A stretch of 64,000 nucleotides of DNA from a virus (taxonomy: Duplodnaviria > Caudoviricetes). The notes under the pieces were generated by a model. It was not told where the DNA came from. It saw nothing but the letters and a program-made list of their open reading frames with translations, and searched no databases. A program made the position numbers and the translations under genes. The stretch spans positions 638 through 64,637 of IMG/VR virus record IMGVR_UViG_3300037847_005729, one strand, 5' to 3'. This document shows, piece by piece, positions 1 through 10,997 of this stretch (position 1 is its first letter; every line of letters starts with the position of its first letter).

Positions 1-978
1 GTTTACGGAACCAGACCAGAATTTTTAAAAGTCAAACCTATATTATTAGCTGATAAAAATATAGATAGTTTATTTGTAAAACAACATACAGACATTATAG
101 ATTTTGGTAATAGTAAACATTCTATTGATGTTGAATCTACAACAGGAGATAGATTAAACGATATTTTTCAACAAATATTTTTAAAAGCATCTAAGATTAT
201 AAAACAATATGATAATATTGTAATTCAAGGTGATACAGCCACAGTTGCAGGTATTGCGATATCAGCTTTTAATTTAAAGAAAAAAATATTTTATGTTGAA
301 TCTGGTTTAAGAAGCTATGATTTACAAAACCCATATCCAGAGGAGGGTTATAGACAGATGGTTTCAAGAATAGCTGATGTAAATTTTTGTCCTACTGAAC
401 TTTCTGCGCAAAATTTAGAAAAAGAACAAGCTTTAGGTAAAATTTTTGTAGTTGGAAATACAGTTTTAGATAATATACTAGAAGAAAAACAAAAATGTGT
501 TTATGGTTGGAAGGTTTTAGTTACCTTGCACAGATCAGAAAATTTATCTATTCTAGATAAGTGGCTACACGAAATAGAAAACTTAGCTAAAAGAAATAAA
601 GAATTAGAATTTATTCTACCAGTTCACCCAAACCCTAAAATAAAAGAGATTACAAAAAATCTCAAATATATTAAATGTATAGACCCTTTAGAACACCACG
701 ATTTAATAAATATTTTAAAACAATGCCTTTTAGTTATTACAGATTCTGGTGGCATACAAGAGGAAAGTTGTTTCTTTAACAAAAAAACTATAGTCTGTAG
801 AAAAGTTACAGAAAGACCGGAGGGTATAGAAACTGGTCATATTCATTTATGTGAAGATCCAAAAGATTTATCTACTATATTTGAATTACAAAGAAAAAAT
901 TTTATAATAGATGCAGAGTGCCCTTATGGGGATGGAAAATCAGCAAATCGAATAGTTAAAATTATAAATGAAACCTAA
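1..978 (+). CDS. wecB: UDP-N-acetylglucosamine 2-epimerase (5' truncated by window edge)
   Basis: Frame 1 is open from base 1 (VYGTRPEFLK, later QGDT, ESGLRS, YPEE, TDSGGIQEE, PYGDG); the ORF-track start at 358 is internal. Confidence 0.93.
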   Translation, partial: VYGTRPEFLKVKPILLADKNIDSLFVKQHTDIIDFGNSKHSIDVESTTGDRLNDIFQQIFLKASKIIKQYDNIVIQGDTATVAGIAISAFNLKKKIFYVESGLRSYDLQNPYPEEGYRQMVSRIADVNFCPTELSAQNLEKEQALGKIFVVGNTVLDNILEEKQKCVYGWKVLVTLHRSENLSILDKWLHEIENLAKRNKELEFILPVHPNPKIKEITKNLKYIKCIDPLEHHDLINILKQCLLVITDSGGIQEESCFFNKKTIVCRKVTERPEGIETGHIHLCEDPKDLSTIFELQRKNFIIDAECPYGDGKSANRIVKIINET

Positions 979-1936
979 AGATGTCATAGCAATCGTAGCT
1001 TACAATAAGCCAGATCTATTGTATTTATATTTAGAGCAAATTTTTTCAGAGCCTACAATATTAGACTATGAAATACAGATACATACAGAGGAGGGTTATG
1101 ATAAAGAACAAGATGAAGTTATAGCTAAATACTCTAAAAAATATCCTAAAGCTAGGATTAGACAAATTGTAAAAGAAAAACTAAAAGATTGTCCTTTGCC
1201 AGGTTTTTACAATATTTTGTCAACATATTTGATGGCTTCTCAAAACTTAGGTGACGATAATTTTGTAATTGTTGGAGAAGAAGATATTTTACCAACAAAA
1301 GACTACATTAGATACAATAAATACATTTACGATAATTTTTTAAAAAAGTATCCTAGAATTTTAGGAGCGGCCCATAAAAGAAGACCAGAAGCTGAAAAAG
1401 ATGGAGATGGAGAGATCTTAATAGGTGACTACCAATGCACGTCTTTGTCTGTTGTTTCTGTCAGAGCTATTAATAAATATTTTGAAAAGTGGTTATCAGA
1501 CTACGATTTATACTTAAATCCCGTAGAGTATTACAATAAACATTTTTTTGAGTCTAGAATATCTCCTACTGACCATACTCATCATGATGGGACAATAGAA
1601 AGAATCATGGATATCAATAAACTTTTTGTTTTAAAACCAGATCAAGCTAGATCTATGCATGTTGGATTATCTGGAGTTTTTTGTAAAGGTGAGCCACCAA
1701 AAGGTACTTTTGAAGAAAGAATAGCTCAGTGGAGAGAGTTAATTAAAGATGGAGACAAACTAAGATCGTTGTCTAATTTACCAGAAGACTTGGTTGTGAC
1801 AGATCCAGAAGGTCCAGAATGGGACAAATTAGAATTAGATTTAGATCGCACTAAAGCGAAGGCAAGCAGTTGGTGGTACGATCACAATAATGAGTTTGAT
1901 GAATATATTAGATGGTTAGATTTGGGTAAAAAATGA
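968..1936 (+). CDS. Putative GT-A fold glycosyltransferase
   Basis: N-terminal IAIVAYNKP strand and GEEDI acidic motif; operon context. Confidence 0.55.
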   Translation: MKPKDVIAIVAYNKPDLLYLYLEQIFSEPTILDYEIQIHTEEGYDKEQDEVIAKYSKKYPKARIRQIVKEKLKDCPLPGFYNILSTYLMASQNLGDDNFVIVGEEDILPTKDYIRYNKYIYDNFLKKYPRILGAAHKRRPEAEKDGDGEILIGDYQCTSLSVVSVRAINKYFEKWLSDYDLYLNPVEYYNKHFFESRISPTDHTHHDGTIERIMDINKLFVLKPDQARSMHVGLSGVFCKGEPPKGTFEERIAQWRELIKDGDKLRSLSNLPEDLVVTDPEGPEWDKLELDLDRTKAKASSWWYDHNNEFDEYIRWLDLGKK

Positions 1937-2784
1937 GTAAAAGAATTATAGTTACAGGTGGTGCTGGATTTATTGGATATAACTTATGTAAAAAGCTATC
2001 CGAAGATAAATCTAATTTTATTATATCCTTAGATAATTATAGCACAGGCGATGTCTCTAATCACGTAGATGGTGTTTCATACATGGATATAGATGTTTCT
2101 AAAGATAGAATAAAATCTTTAATAGAGGGCGCAGACGTTGTTTTTCATTTAGCGGCTTTAGCTAGAATACAACCATCTTTTAGAATACCAAAAGAATATT
2201 TTTACAACAATGTTTTATCGACACTTAATTTAGTAGAAGCTTGTGTGGAATATGATATTCCAATGATATTTTCTGGATCTTCTTCGCATCACAGCGGTAA
2301 ATACAAAAATCCATATACATTTTCAAAAGAAATAGGAGAAGAAATATTAGTTTTATATTCAAAAATATTTGATTTAAGACAATCAACTGCTAGATTTTAT
2401 AATGTTTATGGTCCTCGTCAATTAGAAACAGGCGGATATGAAACAGTCATAGGTAAATGGGATAAAGCCAGAAGAGATAATACAGATATTGTGATTTATG
2501 GCGATGGTTCCAAGGAAAGAGATTTCACACATGTTTTCGATATAGTAGATGGTTTAATTAAAATATGGGAAAAAAGTGCTTATGGCCACACATTTGAATT
2601 AGGTAGAGGTCAAAAATTTTCTTTAAAACAGGTTGCAGAAATGTATAATAAACCAGATAAAGTTAAATATGAAGATGATAAACCAGGAGAAGCTCAAATG
2701 ACTCTTTGTGATAGTAGTTTAGCACAAGAAGTTTTGGGTTGGACTCCAAAATTAAATTTAGAAGATTGGATAAAAAATGGGTAA
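1933..2784 (+). CDS. NAD-dependent sugar epimerase/dehydratase (extended SDR)
   Basis: TGGAGFIG, HLAA, YxxxK (YTFSK), RFYNVYGP, RDFTHV. Confidence 0.92.
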   Translation: MSKRIIVTGGAGFIGYNLCKKLSEDKSNFIISLDNYSTGDVSNHVDGVSYMDIDVSKDRIKSLIEGADVVFHLAALARIQPSFRIPKEYFYNNVLSTLNLVEACVEYDIPMIFSGSSSHHSGKYKNPYTFSKEIGEEILVLYSKIFDLRQSTARFYNVYGPRQLETGGYETVIGKWDKARRDNTDIVIYGDGSKERDFTHVFDIVDGLIKIWEKSAYGHTFELGRGQKFSLKQVAEMYNKPDKVKYEDDKPGEAQMTLCDSSLAQEVLGWTPKLNLEDWIKNG

Positions 2785-3790
2785 AAAAGTTATATTAACA
2801 GGCGCGAATGGTTTTGTAGGCCATCATATTTTAGAACATTTTCTTAAATATACAGATTGGGAAATTTATTGTCTCGATAAGCTTAGTTATGCTAGTGCTG
2901 GACACGATAGAATTAGAGACATCGATGCTTTTGATGATAAAAGAGTAAAAATTTTTACAACAGATTTATCTAGAAAATTTGAAGAAGGACTAATTCAAGA
3001 ATTGGGAGACATAAATTACATTTTTCACGTAGCTGCCGACTCTCATGTAGATAATTCTATTTTAGACCCAGTGCCTTTTATCAAAAACAATGTAATGTCT
3101 ACGGTAAATATTTTAGAATACGCTAAAAAATTAAAGAATCTTGAAAAATTTATTTACTTTTCAACAGATGAAGTTTATGGTTCTGCACCTGTTGGTAAAA
3201 ACTACAAAGAGGGTGAAAGATTTAACTGTGGTAACCCATATTCAGCTTCTAAAGGTGCTGCAGAATGCGTTTGTCAATCATATGCAAATACATATCAAAT
3301 GCCTATTATAGTTACAAATACAATGAATGTAATAGGAGAAAGACAACATCCAGAAAAATTTGTTCCAAAAGTAATTAGAAAAGTTTTGGCTGGAGAACCA
3401 ATCACAATACATAGTAATAAACAAAAAACTAAAGCTGGTAGCAGATTTTATATCCATGCACGAAATATCGCTGATGCTTTGCTACATATTATAAATAATT
3501 GTGATGAAACTTTAGATAATTATGACTCGTCTATGGGTAGGTTTAATATTGTTGGAGAAGAAGAAACAGATAATTTAGAGTTAGCACAAATGATAGCCGA
3601 CATTTTAGGTAAAGAATTAAAATATGAAATGGTAGATTTTCATAGTCAAAGACCAGGTCATGATTTGAGATATGCTTTAGACGGAGAAAAAATGAAGTCA
3701 TTAGGATGGAAACACCCAGTTGAGTTTAGAGATTCTTTAAAGAAAACAATTGAATGGACACTGGAAAACGAAAAATGGCTGAAAATTTAA
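2777..3790 (+). CDS. rfbB: dTDP-glucose 4,6-dehydratase
   Basis: TGANGFVG, DKLSYA, SHVDNSI, STDEVYG, PYSASK, QHPEKF, RPGHDLRYA. Confidence 0.9.
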   Translation: MGKKVILTGANGFVGHHILEHFLKYTDWEIYCLDKLSYASAGHDRIRDIDAFDDKRVKIFTTDLSRKFEEGLIQELGDINYIFHVAADSHVDNSILDPVPFIKNNVMSTVNILEYAKKLKNLEKFIYFSTDEVYGSAPVGKNYKEGERFNCGNPYSASKGAAECVCQSYANTYQMPIIVTNTMNVIGERQHPEKFVPKVIRKVLAGEPITIHSNKQKTKAGSRFYIHARNIADALLHIINNCDETLDNYDSSMGRFNIVGEEETDNLELAQMIADILGKELKYEMVDFHSQRPGHDLRYALDGEKMKSLGWKHPVEFRDSLKKTIEWTLENEKWLKI

Positions 3791-4491
3791 CAAAAGATTT
3801 TACAGAAGAAATTTATAAACTTTTTGATAAGTTTCAAAACAACGATACTTTTTGTTTTTCTAAATTTGCCGATGGTGAATGGGCTGCTATGCTTAATGAA
3901 AATTTAAACAATAGTGAATTTGAGAATACACCTAATACACCCCAATCTTACAGAAATGAATTAATCAATGCGATAAGATTTAAGGATCCAGATTATTACA
4001 TAGGCACTTGTTGTCACTGTTGTAATGGTGATAGAGCAGATAAAATGAGACAATTTTGTGGTCAAGATTTTGATCACATGACATTTGCTAATGTTTTTGT
4101 TAATGCTAATTACGACATATACAAAGAAACATTTTTAAAAGAATACTCTAACCATGATGTTCATATAGTAGCTAATGAAAGATCTACTTTTGATGATCTG
4201 CCATTTAAACCAGAAAAAATTTATCCGATAGGTTTTAGTGCTTGGGTTAACAATCATAATTTAATTGATGAAATTAAACAAGCGAACTTGTCTAATAAAT
4301 TATTTTTATTTTGTGCTGGCCCCTTTGGCAATCTTTTAGCTCATCAACTGTTTGAAGCTAACAAAAACAATAAATACATTGATGCAGGCTCTACATTAAA
4401 TCCGTGGTTAAAATCAGAGGGATTTAGGAGAGATTACTATATCGAAGGTTACCAATCTAAATTTACCAACTTAACTTGCACATGGGAGTAG
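3775..4491 (+). CDS. Putative GT-D-like glycan biosynthesis protein
   Basis: FSKFADGE near N-terminus, LFCAGPFG and IDAGS near C-terminus; ATG at 3775 overlaps previous gene. Confidence 0.5.
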   Translation: MAENLTKDFTEEIYKLFDKFQNNDTFCFSKFADGEWAAMLNENLNNSEFENTPNTPQSYRNELINAIRFKDPDYYIGTCCHCCNGDRADKMRQFCGQDFDHMTFANVFVNANYDIYKETFLKEYSNHDVHIVANERSTFDDLPFKPEKIYPIGFSAWVNNHNLIDEIKQANLSNKLFLFCAGPFGNLLAHQLFEANKNNKYIDAGSTLNPWLKSEGFRRDYYIEGYQSKFTNLTCTWE

Positions 4492-5171
4492 CAAACATAG
4501 TTTATACACACTCTGATTATTTTGATGTTTTAGAAGTTTTTTTAGAACAACAAAAAACGTTTGGAATAGATAACATTACAATTTTTTCAGACAAAAATTT
4601 TAACAAAACTCACAAACATATTATCTATGATTCTGATTTAAGCTACACAGAAAAATTAAAAAGCTGTTTAGAGCAATTAGATGAAGAATTTGTTTTATAT
4701 CAACATGAAGATATGTTTTTGTACAGCAAACCTAACTTTAAAAAAATTGCAGAGTATTTAAATATCCTACAAAAAGATAATTTTGATTTTGTTAGACTTT
4801 CCAGAACTGGTAATTGTATTTTAACACAATCAGATTCGTCATTCTGTTTATGGGAGATAGACCCAGAATCAGAGGATTTTTTTGCTGTTCAGCCAAGCAT
4901 TTGGAAGCGTGAAAGTTTAATTAAATTTTTAGAAGAATCTGGAAATTCAACAATCTGGGATTTAGAACTTAACTCTGGAAAAATAAATTCATCTATTAGG
5001 GGTTTATTACATTATGACGCAGAGCCACCTAGAGGCGGACACTTTGATTCTTTTGTTTGGCCATACGTTGCGACAGCTATTGTTAAAGGAAAATGGAATT
5101 TTAAAGAATATGCTTTAGAATTAGGTGATATAGATAAAGTAAAACAATCAAAGAGAGGTCAATTTTTATGA
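4482..5171 (+). CDS. Putative glycosyltransferase-like protein
   Basis: YQHEDMFL acidic motif, QPSIWK..L, IWDLE, AIVKGKW pattern seen in polysaccharide-locus proteins. Confidence 0.45.
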   Translation: MGVANIVYTHSDYFDVLEVFLEQQKTFGIDNITIFSDKNFNKTHKHIIYDSDLSYTEKLKSCLEQLDEEFVLYQHEDMFLYSKPNFKKIAEYLNILQKDNFDFVRLSRTGNCILTQSDSSFCLWEIDPESEDFFAVQPSIWKRESLIKFLEESGNSTIWDLELNSGKINSSIRGLLHYDAEPPRGGHFDSFVWPYVATAIVKGKWNFKEYALELGDIDKVKQSKRGQFL

Positions 5172-6730
5172 AAATAGTAGGATTAGCTTGCGGTGCACAT
5201 GATACAGCTTATTGCATATTTGAAGATGGTAAAACAGTCATACATGAAGAATATGAAAGATTTTCCAGAATAAAAGAAGAACAAGGTGACGTTTTAAAAT
5301 TTGTTTTTGACAGAAACCCAGATTTAAAAGATGTTGATTATTTCACACATTTCTTTATGAGATGGAGAGGTGGATTAAACAATATGTACAGAGAAAGTTT
5401 TGCTAAAATGTCTTCTACTGGAGCTAAATATTTAGAAATATCACACCACAAGGCGCATGCAGCTAATGCTTTCTTTTCATCAAATTTTAAAGATGCTTTT
5501 ATAATATCTATTGATGGTGGTGGAGAGGAATGCGATGATTGGCAAAGCAAAACACACGAGACAGCTTTAGCTTTTTACTCTGGTAAAGATAATAAAGTAG
5601 AAAAAATAGAGGATAATTTTTATAACGTAAATGTTGGTCACGCATGGTCAATGATGACAAAAGAAGTTTTTGGTTTGTCCTCTGGGCCTCCGATTGGTAA
5701 TCAATGTGGTACTGTTATGGCTATGGGTGCAGTTGCTAAAAATCCAAATAGATTTATTAAAGAAATGAGGGAATATTTAATGTTCCGACACACAAATAAT
5801 TTTGCATATTATTCAACTTTAACAGAAGAAGAAAAATTTGATCTAGCAGGTTCTTTACAAAAAGCTACAGAAGAGTATGTTTTAGATTTAATAGGTCAAT
5901 ATATGCCAGAATCAACAGAAAATGTTTGTGTTGTGGGCGGTGTAGCTCTTAATGGTTTACTTAATCAAGCTATATTAAATAAATTTGATAATGTAAAAAA
6001 TATTTATATACCTCCAGTTCCTTATGACGCTGGTCTTGCCATGGGTTGCTGTCAATATATTTATTATCATATGCACGATAATCCTAGAAAAATTACAGGC
6101 AAAAACGAAAGTCCTTATTTAGGTTGTGAATATAAAATTAAAGATGTAAAATCAGCGATAGAAAAAGAAGAAAGAGTTGAAAGTAGAGTAATTGAAGATG
6201 AAGATGAGGTAATAAATTTACTTTTAGATCAAAAAATTATATCTATATTTAATCGTGCATCAGAGTCCGGTAGACGAGCATTAGGAAACCGTAGCATTTT
6301 GGCAGATCCAAGATCTGAGGATATGAAAGATATCATAAATGAAAAAGTTAAACATAGGCAGTGGTTTAGACCTTTTGCTCCAGTGATACTTAAAGATTAC
6401 ATATCCGATTGGTTTGAAACTAATGTTGAATCTCCATACATGAATATTATTTCACCATTTAAAGAAAATAAAAAAAGCAAAGTTCCAGCTGTTGTTCATC
6501 ACGATGGAACAGGTAGATTTCAATCTGTAAGAAAATCAGATAATTCTTGGTTGCATAGTTTTTTAACAAAGTGGAATGAAGCATCTGGAGTGCCTATTTT
6601 ACTTAATACTAGCTTTAATGATAGGGAGCCTATAGTAGAAACACCAGAACACGCAATCAATTGTTTTTTGAAAACAGATATTGACTTTTTATATTTTCCA
6701 CAGTATAAAATTTTAGTACAAAAAAAATGA
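5168..6730 (+). CDS. O-carbamoyltransferase (NodU/CmcH family)
   Basis: HD near N-terminus, EERFSRIK-like, HHKAHA, IDGGG, GGVALN, RALGNRSILADPR, RPFAP, LLNTSFN. Confidence 0.93.
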   Translation: MKIVGLACGAHDTAYCIFEDGKTVIHEEYERFSRIKEEQGDVLKFVFDRNPDLKDVDYFTHFFMRWRGGLNNMYRESFAKMSSTGAKYLEISHHKAHAANAFFSSNFKDAFIISIDGGGEECDDWQSKTHETALAFYSGKDNKVEKIEDNFYNVNVGHAWSMMTKEVFGLSSGPPIGNQCGTVMAMGAVAKNPNRFIKEMREYLMFRHTNNFAYYSTLTEEEKFDLAGSLQKATEEYVLDLIGQYMPESTENVCVVGGVALNGLLNQAILNKFDNVKNIYIPPVPYDAGLAMGCCQYIYYHMHDNPRKITGKNESPYLGCEYKIKDVKSAIEKEERVESRVIEDEDEVINLLLDQKIISIFNRASESGRRALGNRSILADPRSEDMKDIINEKVKHRQWFRPFAPVILKDYISDWFETNVESPYMNIISPFKENKKSKVPAVVHHDGTGRFQSVRKSDNSWLHSFLTKWNEASGVPILLNTSFNDREPIVETPEHAINCFLKTDIDFLYFPQYKILVQKK

Positions 6731-7362
6731 AAAATTGCGTAGTTATTCAAGGTCCAGTTTTTGATAATGATAGAATGGAAAAATCTTGGGAGGGTTTTGA
6801 CATTATACATTCTACTTGGGAAGACGAAAAAATAAATTCTAATCACGAGGTTTTATACAATCAAAAACCTAAAGATGCTGGTTTTAGAAATGTTAATTAT
6901 CAAGTTACAAGCAGTTTAGCTGGACTAAAAAAAGCCAAAGAAAAAGGATTTGATTTTTGCTTAAAATGGAGATCTGATTATGTACCCTCTAACGCAGATA
7001 ACCTTTTTAAAATGTTTAATAAGGAAGCTTTAAATTTTATTGCTTGGAGTGACCATGATGGCGGTTACTTAATTGATTATTTTTTTGCTGGTAAAACCGA
7101 CTATTTGATAGAAATTTTTGAAACTATGCAAGAATTAGAAGAAACATGCAAACGCTATTTTCCGGAGCAAAAACTAACAATAGCTACAAGACAGCTAGTT
7201 GAAGAAAAATGTTTAAAAGCAAATTATATTTTAAATAAATTTGACGACAGCAATGATTGTATGTTTATTAGACCAGGAGATGATTATAATACATCTAATA
7301 CAGTTTGGCAGAACGACAAGCACTGGCAAAATGATTTAACAAAACAAAACAGATGGGCATGA
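6727..7362 (+). CDS. WavE-like polysaccharide synthesis protein
   Basis: VVIQGP, STW, N.NYQ..S..GL, KWRSD, DYFFAG. Confidence 0.6.
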   Translation: MKNCVVIQGPVFDNDRMEKSWEGFDIIHSTWEDEKINSNHEVLYNQKPKDAGFRNVNYQVTSSLAGLKKAKEKGFDFCLKWRSDYVPSNADNLFKMFNKEALNFIAWSDHDGGYLIDYFFAGKTDYLIEIFETMQELEETCKRYFPEQKLTIATRQLVEEKCLKANYILNKFDDSNDCMFIRPGDDYNTSNTVWQNDKHWQNDLTKQNRWA

Positions 7363-9512
7363 ATTTAATTTTTCCAGTAGCTGGTGAGGCCATTAGATTT
7401 GGCGGTACATTTAAACCATTTTTAAAAATTGGTGATATAAGTTTTATTGAAAGTACGATAAATACATCTTTCAAAAAATGGATAGACAGTGGGGATATTA
7501 CTAAAATATATTTTATATGCACCAAAGCTCAAGAAAAAGAATACGATGTTACAAAAAACATAAACGATTTCTTTCCGCTTTACAACCCACAAGTAATCGT
7601 TATAGATGAAAAAACAGATGGCCCATATCAAACCCTTAAATTAGGTATTGAAAAAGCTAAAATTACGGGCAAATCAATCGTTTGTGATTGCGACCATGCT
7701 TTGGATGTAGATCACATACTTAATACCGACAAAAAAGATATTGACTGTATTATACCCACCTGGGATATACACAAAGACGAATGGATGAATTGGTCTAAAA
7801 TTATTTTAGATAAAAATAAACCCAAGATGATTTGCGAAAAAGAAAGGATCGATAGTGAGGATTATGATGTTAAGGGTATTATTGGTTGCATTTACTTTAA
7901 ACAGATAGAAAAACAATTTAAATCTAAAGAAAAATTGTATGTCTCGGAGTCTTTACAAGATTTAATTTACTCTAATAGTAAAATTGAAACATATAACCCT
8001 AAGTGGGCAGATTTTTATGGCGATGAAAAAATGTTAGAAAATCACGTCAATAATTTAAGAAAAAAAATGTCTATCTTTTGTGATATAGACGGCGTGTTAT
8101 TAAAACACAATCCTCATTCTACTTCAAACATAGAGGACAACGAAACAATTTTCGGTTTTGAAAAGTTACGAGAGTGGAAAAACGATGGTCATAAAATAAT
8201 TATAACGACAGCAAGAAATAAAAAATATATAAAGGAAACCAAAAAACTTTTAGATCATTATGATATACCATATGATGATATAGTTACAAGTTTAACAGCA
8301 GGGCCAAGAGTTTTAATTAATGATAGCAAACCATCCAAACCATTTACAAATCAAGTGGTTCCTATAGAACTACAAAGAGATTTAGGTTTAAAGGATGCAA
8401 ATCTAGACTTTGTTTTTCATAACTATGATTCAAAAATACAAAAAGAATTTGAAGGTGGGTCTTTTGCTAAAATATACTTATTAGAAAATAATGTTGTAAG
8501 AAAAGTAGCGATTAAAGACCAGTTTTTACCGCCTATCGCAGGACCTATGGTTGGTGCAAATGTTTTAGCTTGGTCAGATAGGACTTGGGAAGTAAATGTT
8601 AGTAATATGACAAAAGTTTCATATCAAGATAGAATGGCTAGACAAAGACAAGACATGTTACGTTTTAACTTCTTATGGCCAGGTTCAGCACCACAGGTTA
8701 TTAGTTATAAAGATAGTGCTTCTAGTTACAGTTATGATATGGAATACTTAGATGGTTACCAAACATTATCCTCAATAACTGATCAAAATGAACTAAAAAA
8801 AGCAGTTGGTTATGTTTTAAAAGGTATGAAAGAAAACATATATTGTGTATCTAAAGAAATCAACGGATCTACCTGGATACAAGATTGGATTAGTAGAAAA
8901 TTATATACTAAATTTAATCAATTTTTGTTTGTTAATAATAACGGCTTCCACTTCCTTAAATCTTGGCACCCATTAATACAATCTGACATTGTTACTATTA
9001 ACAATAAAAAATATTTTGGATTAAAAACCGCTATTCACAAAATAGATAAACGTTTAATTATGCCAAAATCTATTAGACCAATACATGGAGATTTTACATA
9101 TCAAAATATAATGTGGAATGGTACTCAAACTAAACTTATAGACCCAGATGGCTCAGATATTTTCGATTGTGCCGAGCAAGATTTAGCTAAAATGTGCCAA
9201 TTTGCTTTTGCGCGTTTTGATGAATGGAAAGATGATGTTTACGCTACCGTAAACAAAGATGGAACTTATAGTTGCACAGAAGAATTTTTTAACATAGATT
9301 TAGAAAATGATGTTACTAAACATATAATAAAACAATGGTCATTAATTCTAAATGATGACGAATCTACAGTAGTAAACAAAGGTATATTTTACCTAGCTGC
9401 TTATTTCCTTAGATTTACTCCATTTAGAGCGGGTTTAGGTCATAATCATGCACTTTTTGCTTTAATAATGTCCGTTGTATACTTTAATAAATTAATAAAA
9501 AATGAAAACTAA
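7353..9512 (+). CDS. Three-domain fusion: nucleotidyltransferase + HAD phosphatase + APH-like kinase
   Basis: PVAGEAIRF..KP (NTP transferase); FCDIDGVL and TTAR (HAD); GGS, HGDFTYQN, IDP, QDLAK (kinase). Confidence 0.8.
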   Translation: MGMNLIFPVAGEAIRFGGTFKPFLKIGDISFIESTINTSFKKWIDSGDITKIYFICTKAQEKEYDVTKNINDFFPLYNPQVIVIDEKTDGPYQTLKLGIEKAKITGKSIVCDCDHALDVDHILNTDKKDIDCIIPTWDIHKDEWMNWSKIILDKNKPKMICEKERIDSEDYDVKGIIGCIYFKQIEKQFKSKEKLYVSESLQDLIYSNSKIETYNPKWADFYGDEKMLENHVNNLRKKMSIFCDIDGVLLKHNPHSTSNIEDNETIFGFEKLREWKNDGHKIIITTARNKKYIKETKKLLDHYDIPYDDIVTSLTAGPRVLINDSKPSKPFTNQVVPIELQRDLGLKDANLDFVFHNYDSKIQKEFEGGSFAKIYLLENNVVRKVAIKDQFLPPIAGPMVGANVLAWSDRTWEVNVSNMTKVSYQDRMARQRQDMLRFNFLWPGSAPQVISYKDSASSYSYDMEYLDGYQTLSSITDQNELKKAVGYVLKGMKENIYCVSKEINGSTWIQDWISRKLYTKFNQFLFVNNNGFHFLKSWHPLIQSDIVTINNKKYFGLKTAIHKIDKRLIMPKSIRPIHGDFTYQNIMWNGTQTKLIDPDGSDIFDCAEQDLAKMCQFAFARFDEWKDDVYATVNKDGTYSCTEEFFNIDLENDVTKHIIKQWSLILNDDESTVVNKGIFYLAAYFLRFTPFRAGLGHNHALFALIMSVVYFNKLIKNEN

Positions 9513-10188
9513 AATATATTACGATGGAGTAAACATTAAAGAATTTATAGACCAAGTTGATGGAGTAACAACTAACACTTCTTATATTGCATCAGCTGGT
9601 ATTACTAACTATAATAAATTTATTGATGAATCTGTAGAAGCTGCAAAAGGTAAGCCAATATCTTTTCAAGTTACAGAGACAGATATGCATTCGATAGTTA
9701 ATCAAGCTAAACATATTGCCACAAAAGGAGAAAATGTTTATGTAAAAATACCTATTGTCTTACCAAATGGTGAGTCAACTAAAGAGCTTATAAGAGATTT
9801 GCATATTTCTGGCATAAAAGTAAATATCACTTGTATTCATACCGTTCAACAAACAATTGATGCTTGTGCTGCCGTTATATACAACAAAACACCATCAATT
9901 ATATCTTTGTTTGCTGGCGGTGTTTTTGATTCTGGAAACGATCCTAAAAAAATGTTTGATCTTGCTTACGATTTAATTGGTCATCATGAAAACATAGAAA
10001 TCTTATATGCTGGTTGTCAAAGAGTTTACTCTATTCCAGAAGCAAATAATTGGAAATCTGATATAATTACCGTGCCAGACGCTGTAATGAAAAAATTAAA
10101 CAGAATGGAATATAATGAGCTAGAAACATCTATTAAAAAATCAATGTTGTTTTTTGAAGATGGGTCTAAATTAGATTTTATATTATGA
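9502..10188 (+). CDS. Transaldolase / fructose-6-phosphate aldolase family
   Basis: GVTTN, ISFQV, Schiff-base VYVKIP, KVNIT, SLFAG. Confidence 0.85.
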   Translation: MKTKIYYDGVNIKEFIDQVDGVTTNTSYIASAGITNYNKFIDESVEAAKGKPISFQVTETDMHSIVNQAKHIATKGENVYVKIPIVLPNGESTKELIRDLHISGIKVNITCIHTVQQTIDACAAVIYNKTPSIISLFAGGVFDSGNDPKKMFDLAYDLIGHHENIEILYAGCQRVYSIPEANNWKSDIITVPDAVMKKLNRMEYNELETSIKKSMLFFEDGSKLDFIL

Positions 10189-10997
10189 GAACTGCTGTAT
10201 GCTTGCATGGTTTAGTCAAAAGTGTTAATGTAGCATCAAATGGCGCCTATGACGAAAAATTTGCCACTCTTTTGAGCAAAATTAAAGATTGTGATATTTT
10301 TATACACAGTTGGGATTGGGAAATTATGGATGAGCTGATCGATATTTTTAAACCAATCAAATATCAATTTCAACCTCAGTATAAATTTACAAAAGAAACT
10401 TACAAGTTAAAGGATAAAAACTTTGGAGCTACTCATTCAGCGGCTCAAGGAGATTTATTTAAAACACTAAGTTTTCTTAAATCTAGGCAAATATCAATAG
10501 ATTTAAAATCTAAATACGAAGAAGAAAACAACTTTAAATACGATTGTGTTTTAGTATGTAGATTTGACGTAGGTCACCATAAGTCTGGACTAAATAAAAC
10601 AAGTCATTTACATTTTGACCCAAATCAAGATATGAGTCGTATGTATCAAGCTTATTGGGATCAAACTAACGCTGGAGCCTCAGATCATTGGTTTTATAGT
10701 AACTCAGATAACATAAATAATCTTGCTACCTTATACGATAATGTTTTAGATTATCTTTCAGAAGATAGTGAATATACAGATTGGTGCAAAAATGGTTGGC
10801 CATTAAGTGATGCTTACAACGAGTTTTCTGGCGAGCTTTTTAAATTTACATCTAATAGAAGTGAAAATTTAATGAAATATGTTAAGGACGATGTTATTTT
10901 AGTAAACAACCACTGTCTCTACAAATATCATCTTATGAAAAATGATATGTGGGAAGATGGAAACTCAGTATTTGTAAACAAACAGCTTTGGGTATGA
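10185..10997 (+). CDS. Hypothetical polysaccharide-locus protein
   Basis: AVCLHG, DIFIHSW, YDCVLVCRFD, SDHWFY; operon context. Confidence 0.5.
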   Translation: MRTAVCLHGLVKSVNVASNGAYDEKFATLLSKIKDCDIFIHSWDWEIMDELIDIFKPIKYQFQPQYKFTKETYKLKDKNFGATHSAAQGDLFKTLSFLKSRQISIDLKSKYEEENNFKYDCVLVCRFDVGHHKSGLNKTSHLHFDPNQDMSRMYQAYWDQTNAGASDHWFYSNSDNINNLATLYDNVLDYLSEDSEYTDWCKNGWPLSDAYNEFSGELFKFTSNRSENLMKYVKDDVILVNNHCLYKYHLMKNDMWEDGNSVFVNKQLWV